64,000 nt of DNA from an uncultured delta proteobacterium. Its GTDB lineage: Bacteria > Desulfobacterota > Desulfobaccia > Desulfobaccales > 0-14-0-80-60-11. The notes beneath the pieces were generated by a model. It saw only the letters and a program-made list of their open reading frames with translations. It did not search any database and was not told where the DNA came from. Where the stretch lies: assembly GCA_963834795.1 (NCBI GenBank), contig CAWIDL010000032.1:168769-232768 (forward strand), written 5' to 3'. Positions 49,786 through 61,564 of the stretch are shown here, piece after piece; the stretch's first letter is position 1, and each line of letters starts with the position of its first letter. Both the position numbers and the translations under genes were made by a program.

Positions 49786-50767
49786 GACCATCAAAACCTT
49801 CGTCGTTCGCCACCGCACCGGCCTGCTGGTCTGTCTCCTCTCTCTGGTCCTGGTCCTTACCCCCCTGTTGGTCCGCAACCCATACAACCTGGGCATCCTC
49901 AACCTCATCGGCCTCTATGTCATCGTGGTCCTGGGGCTGAACCTGTTCACCGGCTATGCCGGCCAGATTTCCCTGGGGCACGCCGCCTTCTTCGGCCTGG
50001 GGGCCTACGGTTCCGCCATCCTCACCGCCACCTATCATTTCTCGCCCTGGCCCGCCATGGCGCTCACTGCCGCGGCCGTGGCCCTGGTGGCGCTGATCCT
50101 GGGCGTTCCCACCCTCAGGCTCTCCGGCCATTACCTGGCCATGGCCACCCTGGGTTTCAACTATGTCATCAGCAGCATATTGGTGCAGTGGGATGAGGTC
50201 ACCGGCGGGCCCAGTGGCCTCTCGGGCGTGCCGTCGCTATCCCTTTTCGGGGTCTCGTTCAACAGCGACCTCAAGTTCCACTACCTGGTCTGGACCTTTG
50301 CCCTGGTGGCCCTGACCTTATGCCTCAATCTGGTGCGCAGCGGGGTGGGACGGGGTTTGGCCGCCCTGGCCCAAGACGAGGTGGCCGCCGCTTCCTTCGG
50401 GGTGGATGTGAAACGGGAGAAAATCCGGGTCTTCATCCTCTCCGCGGTCTTTGCTTCGGTGGCTGGCAGCCTCTACGCCCATTATTTCGGCTACGTCAAC
50501 CCGGACGCCTTCAGCATCTTCAAATCCCTGGACCTGGTCATCATGGTGGTGGTGGGCGGCATGGGTTCCATCTGGGGCACCCTCTTCGGGGTGGCGTTCA
50601 TCACCCTCCTGCCCCATTTGTTGGACTTCTTGGAAACCTACAACGACATCATCCACGGCGTGATCCTGGTCATAATTCTCCTTTTCCTGCCCCAGGGATT
50701 TGTTTCCGGGTTGCTGGATCTCATCAAAACCCGTCTGGCCCGTCGCCATCTGGCGGCCGGAAGCTAA
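49772..50767 (+). CDS. livM: HAAT ABC permease, LivM-like
   Basis: GYAGQISLGHAAFFGLGAY, LRLSGHYLAMATLG, TGGPSG, VVVGGMGS; GTG start inferred. Confidence 0.9.
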   Translation: MPTLKTIKTFVVRHRTGLLVCLLSLVLVLTPLLVRNPYNLGILNLIGLYVIVVLGLNLFTGYAGQISLGHAAFFGLGAYGSAILTATYHFSPWPAMALTAAAVALVALILGVPTLRLSGHYLAMATLGFNYVISSILVQWDEVTGGPSGLSGVPSLSLFGVSFNSDLKFHYLVWTFALVALTLCLNLVRSGVGRGLAALAQDEVAAASFGVDVKREKIRVFILSAVFASVAGSLYAHYFGYVNPDAFSIFKSLDLVIMVVVGGMGSIWGTLFGVAFITLLPHLLDFLETYNDIIHGVILVIILLFLPQGFVSGLLDLIKTRLARRHLAAGS

Positions 50768-50801
50768 TATTTGAAAATTGTAAGATATTCACCCCGGTGT
50801 C

Positions 50802-51608
<807 letters not shown>

Positions 51609-51854
51609 GGTCATCTTAAACTGCAGGAAATATGGCCTGGTTCCGAACTGCTGGGCCCCTCTCCCTTAAGAAACTCGGCTTCCGCCGCGCCCCGGGATCA
51701 TCCTGCCATTCCCACTGGCTTACTGGATACCAGTTTTCGGCACTTTTCTTCAAGGCTAAAATGCCCAGCCCGCCAACCCCCTCCCGCTCGAAACGCGGGC
51801 GTCAAGAATCTCCCTGGTCAAGTGGCCGGGATTCATCTATAATTCTATAGTGCT

Positions 51855-53966
51855 ATGACCGCTACAACCCCAGCCCCCTTGCTCCGCATCGATAACCTGA
51901 CGGTGCACTACGGCGCCGCCCAGGCGCTGTTCGGCCTGGATTTGCAGGTGGCCCCGGGCGAGACCGTGGCCCTGGTGGGCGCCAACGGCGCGGGCAAGAC
52001 CAGCCTGCTCAAGGCCATCATGGGCCTCGTCCCTCCTTCCGGCGGCCGCATCTTCCTGGACGCTCAAGAGGTCACCGGCAAGTCCCCCGCGGCCATGGCC
52101 GCCCTGGGGGTGGCCCTCTGCCCCGAGGGCCGGGAGATGTTCGGCGACCTCACCGTCCGGGAGAACCTGGAGCTGGGCGCCCTGGCTTTACGCCTCGGCC
52201 GCCCGGAAATGGCCCGCCGCCTGGAGGAAGTCTTTGCCCGCTTCCCCCCTTTGGGCGAGCGGGTCAACCAGCACGCTAATACGCTTTCCGGCGGGGAGCA
52301 GCAGATGGTGGCCATGGGCCGGGCCCTCATGGCCAAACCCCGGCTCCTGTTGCTGGACGAGCCTTCCCTGGGTCTCGCCCCCCTCATCACCGACGAGATT
52401 TTCGACATCATCCACCGGCTCTCCCGGGCCCACGTGACTATCCTCCTGGTGGAGCAAAACGCCGCCCGGGCCCTGACCGCCTCCGGCTCCGCTTATCTTT
52501 TGGCCAACGGCCGCATCGTGGGCCAGGGCCAAAGTGAGCAACTCCTGGTGGACCCGGAACTGCGCCGCGCCTTTCTGGGCGCGGATTCCGCCCACAACCC
52601 GGCGGCGTCCCGCTTGGGCGCCGCGGGATTCACCAATATCAGACTGGAGAAACCGAACTTGAGCAAGCAAACCTTTATGCCGCCGTTTAAAACCGTGGAG
52701 GAGCTTAAGTACCACCAGCTCGCCGGCCTCAAGTGGACCGTGCGCCACGCCTATGAAGGTTCCAGCTTTTACCGGGCTCACCTGGACGCGGCCGGGGTCT
52801 CCCCCGCCGATATCCGGGAACTTTCTGACCTGAGCAAGCTGCCCCTCACCACCGGGGACGACCTGCGAGACGGCTACCCCTTCCCCTTCCGGGCCGTGCC
52901 CTTTGAGCAGATCGTGCGCATCCACGCCTCCAGCGGCACCACCGGCAAGCGCAAGATCCTGTGCTATACCCAAAAAGACGTGGACGACTGGCGGCATTTC
53001 TTCGCCCGCTGCTACGAAATGGCCGGCGTCACCCCCCTGGACCGGGTGCAGATCGCGGTGGGCTACGGGGTCTGGACCGCGGGCGTGGGCTTCCAGGCCG
53101 GGGTGGAGCAGCTGGGGGCCATGACCGTGCCCCTGGGGCCGGGAAACGTGGACATGCACTGCGAATTCCTGGTGGACCTGCAAAGCACCGTGCTGTGCTG
53201 CACCGCCTCCATGGGCCTACTCATGGCCGAAGAGGTCAACAAGCGGGGCCTCGCCGACCAGATCAACCTCAAAAAGGTCATCTACGGGTCGGAAAGATCG
53301 TCCGTGTCCATGCGGCGCAAGATTTCCGAACTCTTCGGCGGGGTGGAGCTCTTCGATATCCCCGGCATGACGGAGCTCTATGGGCCCGGCACCGGCATCG
53401 AATGCCCCCACCACGACTGCATCCACTACTGGGCCGACTACTATATCCTGGAGATCCTGGACCCCGACACCTTGCAGCCGGTGCCCGAAGGCGAGTGGGG
53501 CGAAATGGTGGTCACCACTCTGAGCAAGGAGGCCGCGCCCCTGATCCGCTACCGCACCCGGGACATCACCCGCATCATCCCGGGGCCGTGCACCTGCGGC
53601 GCGGTTCTGCCCCGGCACTCCCGTATCCGGGGGCGCACCGACGACATGTTCAAGTTCCGGGCGGTGAATATTTATCCCTCCAGCATTGACCGCATCCTCT
53701 CGGAGATCCCGGGTTTGGGCTCCGAGTACCAGATCCACCTGACCCGGGACGAAGCCGGCCGGGACCATATGCACTTGAAAGTGGAGCGGGGCGAGAGCGT
53801 GGAGGCGGGCCGGGCCGACGAGTTGGGCCGGGAGGTCCGTTATGTTATCCGGCACAAGCTTATGGTCACCCCCGAAGTGGAATTGGTGGCTTACGGCGCC
53901 CTGCCGCGCTCGGAGCGTAAAAGCCAGCGCGTCTTTGATACCCGGATCACCGATTCGGTGGTTTGA
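51855..53966 (+). CDS. Fusion of a LivF-like ABC ATPase and a phenylacetate-CoA ligase (PaaK-like)
   Basis: N-terminal GANGAGKT, LSGGEQQM, LDEPSLGLAP, VEQN; C-terminal IHASSGTTGK, PLIRYRTRD, GRTDDM; one continuous 703-aa frame. Confidence 0.9.
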   Translation: MTATTPAPLLRIDNLTVHYGAAQALFGLDLQVAPGETVALVGANGAGKTSLLKAIMGLVPPSGGRIFLDAQEVTGKSPAAMAALGVALCPEGREMFGDLTVRENLELGALALRLGRPEMARRLEEVFARFPPLGERVNQHANTLSGGEQQMVAMGRALMAKPRLLLLDEPSLGLAPLITDEIFDIIHRLSRAHVTILLVEQNAARALTASGSAYLLANGRIVGQGQSEQLLVDPELRRAFLGADSAHNPAASRLGAAGFTNIRLEKPNLSKQTFMPPFKTVEELKYHQLAGLKWTVRHAYEGSSFYRAHLDAAGVSPADIRELSDLSKLPLTTGDDLRDGYPFPFRAVPFEQIVRIHASSGTTGKRKILCYTQKDVDDWRHFFARCYEMAGVTPLDRVQIAVGYGVWTAGVGFQAGVEQLGAMTVPLGPGNVDMHCEFLVDLQSTVLCCTASMGLLMAEEVNKRGLADQINLKKVIYGSERSSVSMRRKISELFGGVELFDIPGMTELYGPGTGIECPHHDCIHYWADYYILEILDPDTLQPVPEGEWGEMVVTTLSKEAAPLIRYRTRDITRIIPGPCTCGAVLPRHSRIRGRTDDMFKFRAVNIYPSSIDRILSEIPGLGSEYQIHLTRDEAGRDHMHLKVERGESVEAGRADELGREVRYVIRHKLMVTPEVELVAYGALPRSERKSQRVFDTRITDSVV

Positions 53967-53967
53967 T

Positions 53968-54191
53968 TTTCACCACGAGGACACCAAGAGCGCCAAGAAT
54001 CTCTGTGTCCTCTATGCCTCTGTGGTAAAGGAAAATATTAGGAAAATGGGGAGCAAGGAAAGAAGTCCCACTGACCAACCTCACCACCGAGACACCAAGG
54101 GAAATTCTTCCCAGAGACCCAGAGGAGCAAAGAGAATAATGATTTTTCTATTGTTACTTTCCTTTGTGCCCACCGGGTCTCTGTGGTAAAT
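53968..54191. repeat. Degenerate miniature inverted repeats (CACCAC..GACAC / CTCTGTGGTAAA type)
   Basis: Two imperfect IR pairs; related to CTCTGCGTCTCTGTGGTGAA near 13735 and 20500. Confidence 0.5.
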
Positions 54192-54362
54192 GAAAATATG
54201 TACCCGCCACCAGGATTCTGTGGTATAGGTGAACAATTATCATTAGTTGTAGAGAGGGGGAACCAAGGGTGCCGCCCCCTCCCCAAGAGATATTCTCATC
54301 CGGGGTAGGAGTCTGCTCCAGGCCGAAGCTGCAAACCTAACCCCTGAATCAGAAGGAGCACA

Positions 54363-54662
54363 ATGTATATCAGCAGACTGGCCAAGGCCGCCATCTTTGG
54401 CCTTTGTTACTATCTTATCCTAAACGTTTATTTATATTATGCCCTTGCCTTCAAGGATGTACACACCGGCATTTTGGCCAATAAAATAATTTCCACGCTG
54501 GTGTATGGCTTCGGATTCATTATCACCCTGCCATTTGTTTATCTTTCCTGGAAATACGAAATAACCCGGCTGGGAAATATCTCATTAATCCTTAATGCAG
54601 TTTTTTGGAGTATTGTCTTCTACTGCATTTTGTTGCTTATGGCGCGGAAAAAGAAAGCTTAA
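54363..54662 (+). CDS. Small AT-rich membrane protein
   Basis: AAGGAG RBS, three hydrophobic segments, basic tail. Confidence 0.65.
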   Translation: MYISRLAKAAIFGLCYYLILNVYLYYALAFKDVHTGILANKIISTLVYGFGFIITLPFVYLSWKYEITRLGNISLILNAVFWSIVFYCILLLMARKKKA

Positions 54663-54765
54663 CGTTACCCAGACTCAATAGAGTGTTAATCAAGAGCAGT
54701 TGAATTGATCTAAAGACCCTAAAACTAACCATGGTTGCTTCCAACTCCAAGGAGGAAAAGGGCTC

Positions 54766-55935
54766 ATGAAGAATAGACTGGCAAGAATTTTCCTGGTTGC
54801 GGCTTTGCTTTGCCTTATGCCCCTGTGGACCCAGGCCGCGGAGCCCATCAAACTCGGCGCCTTCTTCGCCCTCTCCGGGCCCGCCGCCCACATCGGCACC
54901 CCCACCAAACTGGTGGCCGATATGGTGGTGGACCAAATTAACAAGGGAGGCGGCATCAACGGCCGGCCTATCGAGTTGATCATCGGCGACACCGAGAGCG
55001 ACCCGGCCAAAGCGGCCACCATCGCCAAGAAATTCATCTTCACCGACAAAGTGGCGGCCATCATCGGGCCCACCTCCACCGCCGAAGGGATGAACGTCAA
55101 GAAGATCGTGGAGGAGGCCAGCGTGCCCACTTTCATGACCGTGGGCGGCGATCCGGTCATCATGGGGGGAGAAAAGTTGGGGTCTTTCAATTATGTCTTC
55201 AAGTCGCCCCAGCGCTCCTCCACCGCGGTGAAGAAGCTTTTTGGCTATCTCAAGGATAAGAAGCTGACCAAAGTCGGTCTGCTCACCGCCTCCGACGCCT
55301 TCGGCAAGGACGGCCTGGTGTGGCTGGAGAAGCTGGCGCCGGATTTCGGCATCACCTTCGTGGCCAAGGAGTCCTTCGGCCCCAGCGACACCGATATGAC
55401 CGCGCAATTGACCAAGATTAAAAACGCCGATCCTCAGGCCCTTGTGGTCTGGACCATCGGTCCCGCCGGAGCCATCGTGGCCAAGAACAAAGCCCAGTTG
55501 GGCATCAAGGTGCCCCTGTTCCAATGCCACGGCCAGCCGGATCCCAAGTACATCGAACTGGCCGGCAAGGCTTCCGAAGGTGACCGCATGCCTGCCACCA
55601 AGTTAATGGCCGCGGCCCAGTTGCCCGACTCGGACCCCCAGAAAAAGGTGATCCAGGAATTCATCCGTCTGTATAAGGACGTGTATCATTACGACAACCA
55701 GTTCCCCATCAACACCCACTCCGGATATGCCTGGGACGCCATCTATATCGTGACCAACGCCATGAAAAAGGCCGGTACCGACCCCAAGGCTCTGAGAAAC
55801 GCCATCGAACAAACCAAGGGCTATGTGGGGGTTTCCGGGATCTATAATCTGACTCCCGAAGATCACAACGGCCTGGGCGTGGATTCCATGGTTATGGTCC
55901 AGGTGAAAGACGGCAAGTTTGTCCTGGCGGAATAA
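54766..55935 (+). CDS. HAAT ABC substrate-binding protein (LivK/LivJ-like)
   Basis: Signal peptide, IKLGAFFALSGPAA..G, INKGGGINGRPIEL, GVSG.YN. Confidence 0.93.
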   Translation: MKNRLARIFLVAALLCLMPLWTQAAEPIKLGAFFALSGPAAHIGTPTKLVADMVVDQINKGGGINGRPIELIIGDTESDPAKAATIAKKFIFTDKVAAIIGPTSTAEGMNVKKIVEEASVPTFMTVGGDPVIMGGEKLGSFNYVFKSPQRSSTAVKKLFGYLKDKKLTKVGLLTASDAFGKDGLVWLEKLAPDFGITFVAKESFGPSDTDMTAQLTKIKNADPQALVVWTIGPAGAIVAKNKAQLGIKVPLFQCHGQPDPKYIELAGKASEGDRMPATKLMAAAQLPDSDPQKKVIQEFIRLYKDVYHYDNQFPINTHSGYAWDAIYIVTNAMKKAGTDPKALRNAIEQTKGYVGVSGIYNLTPEDHNGLGVDSMVMVQVKDGKFVLAE

Positions 55936-56036
55936 CCGGGGCCTTATGGGCTGTAATGGCCTGGGCCAGGGGCCTGGTGTGAAGCCAGGCCCCGCTTGAC
56001 GACGCAGGTCAACACCAGGGTACAATTTATCAGTCA

Positions 56037-56490
56037 ATGGGCAACCTGACTTCCACCCTCTCCTGGCGTTCGGCTCCACCGCCTTTGTTCTCCAAACAGA
56101 ATCTTCCCCGGAAGATGCAGTGGCTGGATCTGGGGCTCAAGTTGCTGGTGCCAGTCATCTTGCTGGTGTTTCTGGCGATCTCCCTTAAGTTGGGCTCCTT
56201 GACGGTCTATTTCCGGCTTCTCAACCGCCAGAGCTATGCTTCTTTGGTGCCGGCCCTGGGAGCTGCCTACACTTTGCCGGTGCTGCTCTTTCAGGTGTTC
56301 CGCACCATCCTCTGGGCGCGCTATAAGCCGTATCCCCTTTCCCCGTCCTTGCCCTCCGCCACGGTCATTATCCCGGCTTACAATGAGGGGGCCATGGTGG
56401 AAAAGGCCATCTATTCGGTGATTGCCTCCGAATACCCTGCGGACCGGCTGGAAATCATCTGCATCGATGACGGTTCCCAAGATGATACCA
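56037..56490 (+). pseudogene. N-terminal fragment of a GT2 (hyaluronan-synthase-like) glycosyltransferase
   Basis: TM helices, VIIPAYNEG, EIICIDDGSQDDT; similarity stops near 56490 and the frame runs to a stop at 56582. Confidence 0.85.
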
Positions 56491-56679
56491 GGTGTCAATC
56501 ATGGCCATGTCCAACTAACTTGGGCGATTATCAACCTACCCCCCTTATAGCACAAAACCACGGGAATTTCCGCTTCTCTTGACAGGTCGATTTCAGCTGA
56601 TCCCGGGGTGAGGAAGATGGGCCTCTATAAATGGGCCTTCTATAATTGGATATTTTATGCGACCGGTTCAGGGCCACAG

Positions 56680-56750
56680 AGTGTAGGAGTCCCGTCCCCG
56701 GGGTTGCCCTCCCGGGCCGAAAATCTATGGGTCCGTGGGGCGGCGCCTTG
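56680..56750 (+). repeat. Junction motif Q, diverged copy
   Basis: GTAGGAGTCCCGTCCCCGGGGTTGCCCTCCCGGGCCGAAAATC..GGCGGCGCC. Confidence 0.75.
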
Positions 56751-57450
56751 GCCGGGCCGGGTCAGACGGTTGATGGTGGGGGCTGAGCCGGGTGGCAAGA
56801 TCACGGCTGTCCGGAGAAGGGGCCGAGGCGGTCAGGCAGGAAAAATTTGCCCTTAAAGTTTAGACCACATGGCGGACGACATGATGCATGCCAAAATTCA
56901 GCTTCTGTAAATTATTTTGTACAAGTGACATAACCATAGAATCGTGCTTTAAGTGCAAAGCAGAAACAGACCGAGAGCATTTCCCAAAGGAACTGGCAAG
57001 GATGCCATATCCTCGAATTGCTGGTCATTTTGCCGGCAGGCCATCATACCTGTTCCCCCGGTTTTGCCTTTTTGCCCTCCTGCCATATCTCCTGCTGCCC
57101 CTGATATCTTATGGGCATCTGACCCAATCTTCGTTTCCCGCCACCTTTGAGTACCCTGCATCCAACAATACAGTAATTTTATTCTGGTCGGTGATCAACG
57201 TTAACTAATTGTATCTTCTAATTAATTACAGGAGGATACACCATTCTCTCCGCAAAAATTAGGATTATTTCCAGCCTTCCCGAGCCTTTTCCCAATTGCG
57301 CTAGGCTCAAGCTTTCAGGATTATGGATTATATTCTTGGCCACAGGCTTCGGAATGCGCCACCCGAGTTTGGCTAGTTGCCTTTATCAGCTCCAATCCCG
57401 GCATTGCCAACTCGGACTTTTTGGTCCCGAATCTGGAAAGGAAGGGGTTC

Positions 57451-58227
57451 ATGGAAAATGAATCGAAGTGGACATCTTGGCACACCGCCGCCCTCTGGGT
57501 CTTGATGGCGGGAATCTTAATAATCGGCTGGAAACTTACTCCCATCTCCGGATTATGGGCTTGGATTGTCATACTGGTCCTCATGGGGTTGGTTTTCATA
57601 ATCATCGGTCTGGGCGTCACCGGTTCGGCCTCCGGGTTGCTCATTGACAACCGTAATAAGATGAGCCTCTCCCGGTTCCAGATGACGCTTTGGACGTTGG
57701 TGATCCTTTCAGGATACCTCGCCGCCGCCTTGGTTAATATTTTCAAAGGTTCGCCCGATCCCCTGGCTATTGCGCTTCAGCCGGAATTATGGATTCTCAT
57801 GGGCATCAGCACCGCCTCCCTGGTCGGCTCGCCCCTCATCAAAAGCACCAAAGAAACCAAGCAACCCAAGGAGGAAGAAAAGACTCGCACCTTCAAGTTA
57901 CTCGCTACACAAAGAGGTATAGCAGATTTCGGGACCAAGGGATTAATCGTGGTCAATACTAAACCTGAGAACGCCAGTTGGTCAGATTTGTTTGGGGGAG
58001 AGGAGACCGGCAATGCCGCCTGCCTCGATCTGGCCAAGGTCCAGATGTTCTTCTTTACGATTATCCTGGTTCTTACATATGCGGTAGCCCTCGCTAAAAT
58101 GTTTTACACCATGCCAGACGTCATCAAAGATTTGCCTAACTTAAGTTCAGGTATGACGGCGCTGCTGGGGATCAGCCATGCTGGCTACTTGACCAACAAA
58201 GGAATTCCCCATAGCGAGACGCAATGA
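57451..58227 (+). CDS. Multi-pass membrane protein of unknown function
   Basis: Several TM helices; SLSRFQ..LWT / LMGIS and DLAKVQMFFFT / LLGIS form an internal pseudo-repeat. Confidence 0.8.
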   Translation: MENESKWTSWHTAALWVLMAGILIIGWKLTPISGLWAWIVILVLMGLVFIIIGLGVTGSASGLLIDNRNKMSLSRFQMTLWTLVILSGYLAAALVNIFKGSPDPLAIALQPELWILMGISTASLVGSPLIKSTKETKQPKEEEKTRTFKLLATQRGIADFGTKGLIVVNTKPENASWSDLFGGEETGNAACLDLAKVQMFFFTIILVLTYAVALAKMFYTMPDVIKDLPNLSSGMTALLGISHAGYLTNKGIPHSETQ

Positions 58228-58843
58228 AGAATTCTTGTACTTAACCGGGCATCGTGAAGCGGATAGCGGAACACTACCCAAAAGGCCTCATAACCACAAT
58301 AAAGGAGAAATGTTTGACAAGTTAAGATGGTGATTTCAGCGTTAATTATAGAATGAATCCGGCACTGTTAATGTTCCGATCCAGCAGCAGCCGACAGATG
58401 AGCCTATGGAGAGCCTAATAGCGAATCGGAGACGCAGACTATTACTATTATGGCTCCCACTTTTCCGTTTACAATTCCGGTTAATAATTTATTCTGGATT
58501 ATGCGGCGCAATTTGATGGAAATATGGACAACTACTTGATATAGGGGGGAATAATTAGCAAATTGGGGGTCTCCAGGATACTTGCTAGTGGTGAAAGCCA
58601 AAAAAGGTGATCCGGCCGGATTTTAACCGGGCCATCCTGATCGATTTCCAGGGCGCCCAGGTCACTTCAGACACAGGTTTTATCCTGCTACGAGAGCTCG
58701 ATGACCGTTTCAGAATCATCGCTCCCCTGGGAGATTGCCTGGAAGACTTGAGGTCACTTGTACATTAGCCCTCAAAGCTACCGCATAATTTTGATTAGGT
58801 TGCCTTAAAGTTTACTAAGAAAATCCCAAATAAGGAGGCTACG

Positions 58844-59356
58844 ATGACAACTAGTGCGGAAAAGAGAAGAAATGCAGTAATTCTTCTGATCATTTTAACC
58901 GTGGTTGCGATATGCATAGGAACTGGTTGGATAATTTTATATTCGTTGCAGGCAGAAAACTGGACCCAACGGTTACCAATAATTGGCGTTTCTGCCACGC
59001 TTGCCGGCGCCTTTCTCATCAGTGGGCTTTTGCTTGGTTTTATATTCGGCGTTGCCAAACCTGAAGAAGCGGGAAAGAAAAATATTAGCACAAATCTCGA
59101 ACAAATATCCGACTGGCTTACCAAGGTTATTGTGGGGGCTGGTTTGGCCCAACTCGCCTCGTTGCCAGCTTCATTAACAAATTTCGCTGCATACGCTAGT
59201 CCCCGCTTAGGAAACTTCAAAAACGGGGAGATTTTTGCGATAGGAATATTAATCTACTATCTAACATGTGGGTTCTTGAGTGGATATTTATTGACTAAAT
59301 TATATTTTCTTGGGTTACTGGAGAATGGTTCAAGCGCAGCCGAGACTGCGGCATAA
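58844..59356 (+). CDS. Membrane protein of unknown function
   Basis: AAGGAGG RBS, four hydrophobic segments, GFIFGV and TNLEQISDWLTK.IVG.GL. Confidence 0.8.
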   Translation: MTTSAEKRRNAVILLIILTVVAICIGTGWIILYSLQAENWTQRLPIIGVSATLAGAFLISGLLLGFIFGVAKPEEAGKKNISTNLEQISDWLTKVIVGAGLAQLASLPASLTNFAAYASPRLGNFKNGEIFAIGILIYYLTCGFLSGYLLTKLYFLGLLENGSSAAETAA

Positions 59357-59378
59357 TCTTGGTTTATAGGAGGACGCA

Positions 59379-59849
59379 ATGCGAATCAAAAGGTTGGCAG
59401 GATTGCTGGTAATTGTCTGTGCGGTCGGTTTATCGGGTTGTGCTCGGCTTGCATTCTATTCTGATCCTAAACTCGAAGGCCCTGAGACTGGGGTTAAATT
59501 CTACTATTCTAAGCCTTACCTGCTTGTTGCTCGAACTGAAAACAAGGATAAGCCGGTGGAGGTTTCAATTCAATACTTACCAGACTTATCAAAGCCTGTC
59601 TACGCCAAGTTAAAGAGCGGTTATGGAAGCGCCGACCTTTCCCTGGCTTTCAAAGATGGCATCCTGACAAATATCGGCCAAAAAACCGACACCAAGATTC
59701 CGGAAACCATTAGTGCTCTTAGCGGCATGGCAACAGCGGCGGCAGGTTTGAAGGGGGTGGAACCGGGGAAACAACCCCCTCCGACGGTCACGCTTTATGA
59801 AATTGATAACAGTTCTGGTACTACTATTGTTAAACAGGTTTTCCCTTAA
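59379..59849 (+). CDS. Lipoprotein of unknown function
   Basis: AGGAGG RBS; lipobox LSG-C. Confidence 0.8.
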   Translation: MRIKRLAGLLVIVCAVGLSGCARLAFYSDPKLEGPETGVKFYYSKPYLLVARTENKDKPVEVSIQYLPDLSKPVYAKLKSGYGSADLSLAFKDGILTNIGQKTDTKIPETISALSGMATAAAGLKGVEPGKQPPPTVTLYEIDNSSGTTIVKQVFP

Positions 59850-60056
59850 TCTACGAGCGCAGATGCAAATCCGAGATTAGGTTTTCGGCACGGACAAGCA
59901 TAAGTGCGGCTCTTCTGAATATAGTCGGTGCAATGATGTGCAAGCGAGGTCTTAATCAGATCAAACTCAACAATAGCTCTATGCATGGTTCTTTAATTGT
60001 TTTTTGACAAACGTGGCCATGGTTGCCGCATAATCTCAGGTCAAGGAGGATTAACA

Positions 60057-60827
60057 ATGATCCGCAAAATTAAACATTATGGATGGATCCCTGATTTGCC
60101 AGATCATCGGGATCACATGTATGCTGCCTCATTAAGAGGTTTGCAAACCCTGCCGACAAGTGTTGATCTTCGTCCTCAATGCCCAAAAGTCGTCTATGAT
60201 CAAGGCCAACTGGGCAGTTGCACGGCGAACGCCATTGCGGCCGCCATTGAGTTTGACCGGATAAAGGAGAACTTGTCGGATTTCATCCCCTCTCGTCTGT
60301 TCATTTACTACAATGAGCGGGCAATGGAAGGCACTGTGGACTCCGATAGCGGCGCGTCCATCCGGGATGGAATAAAGAGTGTGGGAGACCAGGGGGTTTG
60401 TCCTGAGACCGAATGGCCCTACGACATTTCACAGTTTAACGTGAAGCCGCCGGATAATTGCTACCAAGATGCGGTAAAAGATAGAGCAGTGCAATACAGC
60501 TCGTTAACCCAGGACCCCAATCAGTTGAAAGGGTGCCTGGCCGAAGGCTACCCGTTTGTCTTCGGCTTTTCAGTTTATGACAGTTTCGAAAGTCAGGCCG
60601 TGGCGAACACAGGAATCGTTCCGATGCCCAACCCGGCGACGGAGACGCTGCAGGGAGGCCATGCGGTGCTGGCGGTAGGTTACGACGACAGCCAGCAGCG
60701 TTTTATCGTGAGGAATTCCTGGGGGGACGGTTGGGGGATGAAAGGCTATTTCACTATGCCTTATGGCTACCTGACTGATTCCAATCTTAGCGATGATTTC
60801 TGGACCATTCGACTGGTCAGTCCATGA
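60057..60827 (+). CDS. Papain-family (C1A) cysteine peptidase
   Basis: YGWIPDLPD.RD short pro-region, QGQLGSCTAN (Gln/Cys), GGHAV (His), RNSWG (Asn). Confidence 0.95.
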   Translation: MIRKIKHYGWIPDLPDHRDHMYAASLRGLQTLPTSVDLRPQCPKVVYDQGQLGSCTANAIAAAIEFDRIKENLSDFIPSRLFIYYNERAMEGTVDSDSGASIRDGIKSVGDQGVCPETEWPYDISQFNVKPPDNCYQDAVKDRAVQYSSLTQDPNQLKGCLAEGYPFVFGFSVYDSFESQAVANTGIVPMPNPATETLQGGHAVLAVGYDDSQQRFIVRNSWGDGWGMKGYFTMPYGYLTDSNLSDDFWTIRLVSP

Positions 60828-61036
60828 GTTCATAGCTAATAGGCTGTTGCCAGTTTACCATGGAGGGCTGGGCGAAGCGGAGCTTAAATGTCCCGGGGAG
60901 GCAGGGCGGGTTCCAGACCAAGGTTCTGCCCCGGGGTCGCCAATATAAGGCCGCGATAGCCCCGAATCTGTCCCTGCTGATTCTGGCCGGAATCAGCAGC
61001 CGCTGCCCAGCCTTCCATGATAGAGAACATCTAAAA

Positions 61037-61360
61037 ATGTCTATTCTGAAACTAAACCATAAAGATAATGATAGTACGATTGAAGCCCGGCGAGGTGACC
61101 TAATCACGGTCAGTCTCCACGAGAACCCCACCACTGGTTACAGGTGGGTAGTTGATAATATTGATCGGAAGATCCTGGAATTTCAGAAAGCGGAATTTCA
61201 TCTGGCCCCAAAAGCCAGCGTAGGTGGAGGTGGAATAAGAATTTTTAAGTTTCAAGCCATTAGCGCTGGTAGTTTTAACCTTGCTCTGAAGCTGCGGCGG
61301 GAGTGGCAGGGTGATGCCTCGATCATCGAGCGCTATCATATATCCATTAAGGTCTTGTGA
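61037..61360 (+). CDS. Chagasin-family (I42) cysteine peptidase inhibitor
   Basis: ENPTTGYRW, VGGGG and RREW loops. Confidence 0.9.
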   Translation: MSILKLNHKDNDSTIEARRGDLITVSLHENPTTGYRWVVDNIDRKILEFQKAEFHLAPKASVGGGGIRIFKFQAISAGSFNLALKLRREWQGDASIIERYHISIKVL

Positions 61361-61365
61361 TTTCT

Positions 61366-61535
61366 TCAATACGTCTTCGGGGTGTTTGTTCCTGGAAACA
61401 ACCCGACGTGGGACGGCCCGTGGGATTGTGCTGAGTTCGCCTCCTGGCTCGTCTACCAGGAAAGCCAAACTCTCGTTGCGATTCCGACAACGCAATCCGC
61501 TGCACGCTCACGCTTATACAGGCGACTATGAAAGA
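61366..61535 (+). pseudogene. Fragment of an NlpC/P60- or CHAP-like cell-wall hydrolase
   Basis: QYVFGVFVPGNNPTWDGPWDCAEFASWLVYQ followed by ..AYTGDYERD in a disrupted frame; no start. Confidence 0.5.
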
Positions 61536-61564
61536 GATACCAATATTAGGGGAGGGTGAGGGGC

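Noticed and set aside
58778..58805. Additional dif-like GCATAA motifs here and near 59345 and 60022
   Set aside because: Better explained as -10 boxes or a stop codon; right arms do not fit.
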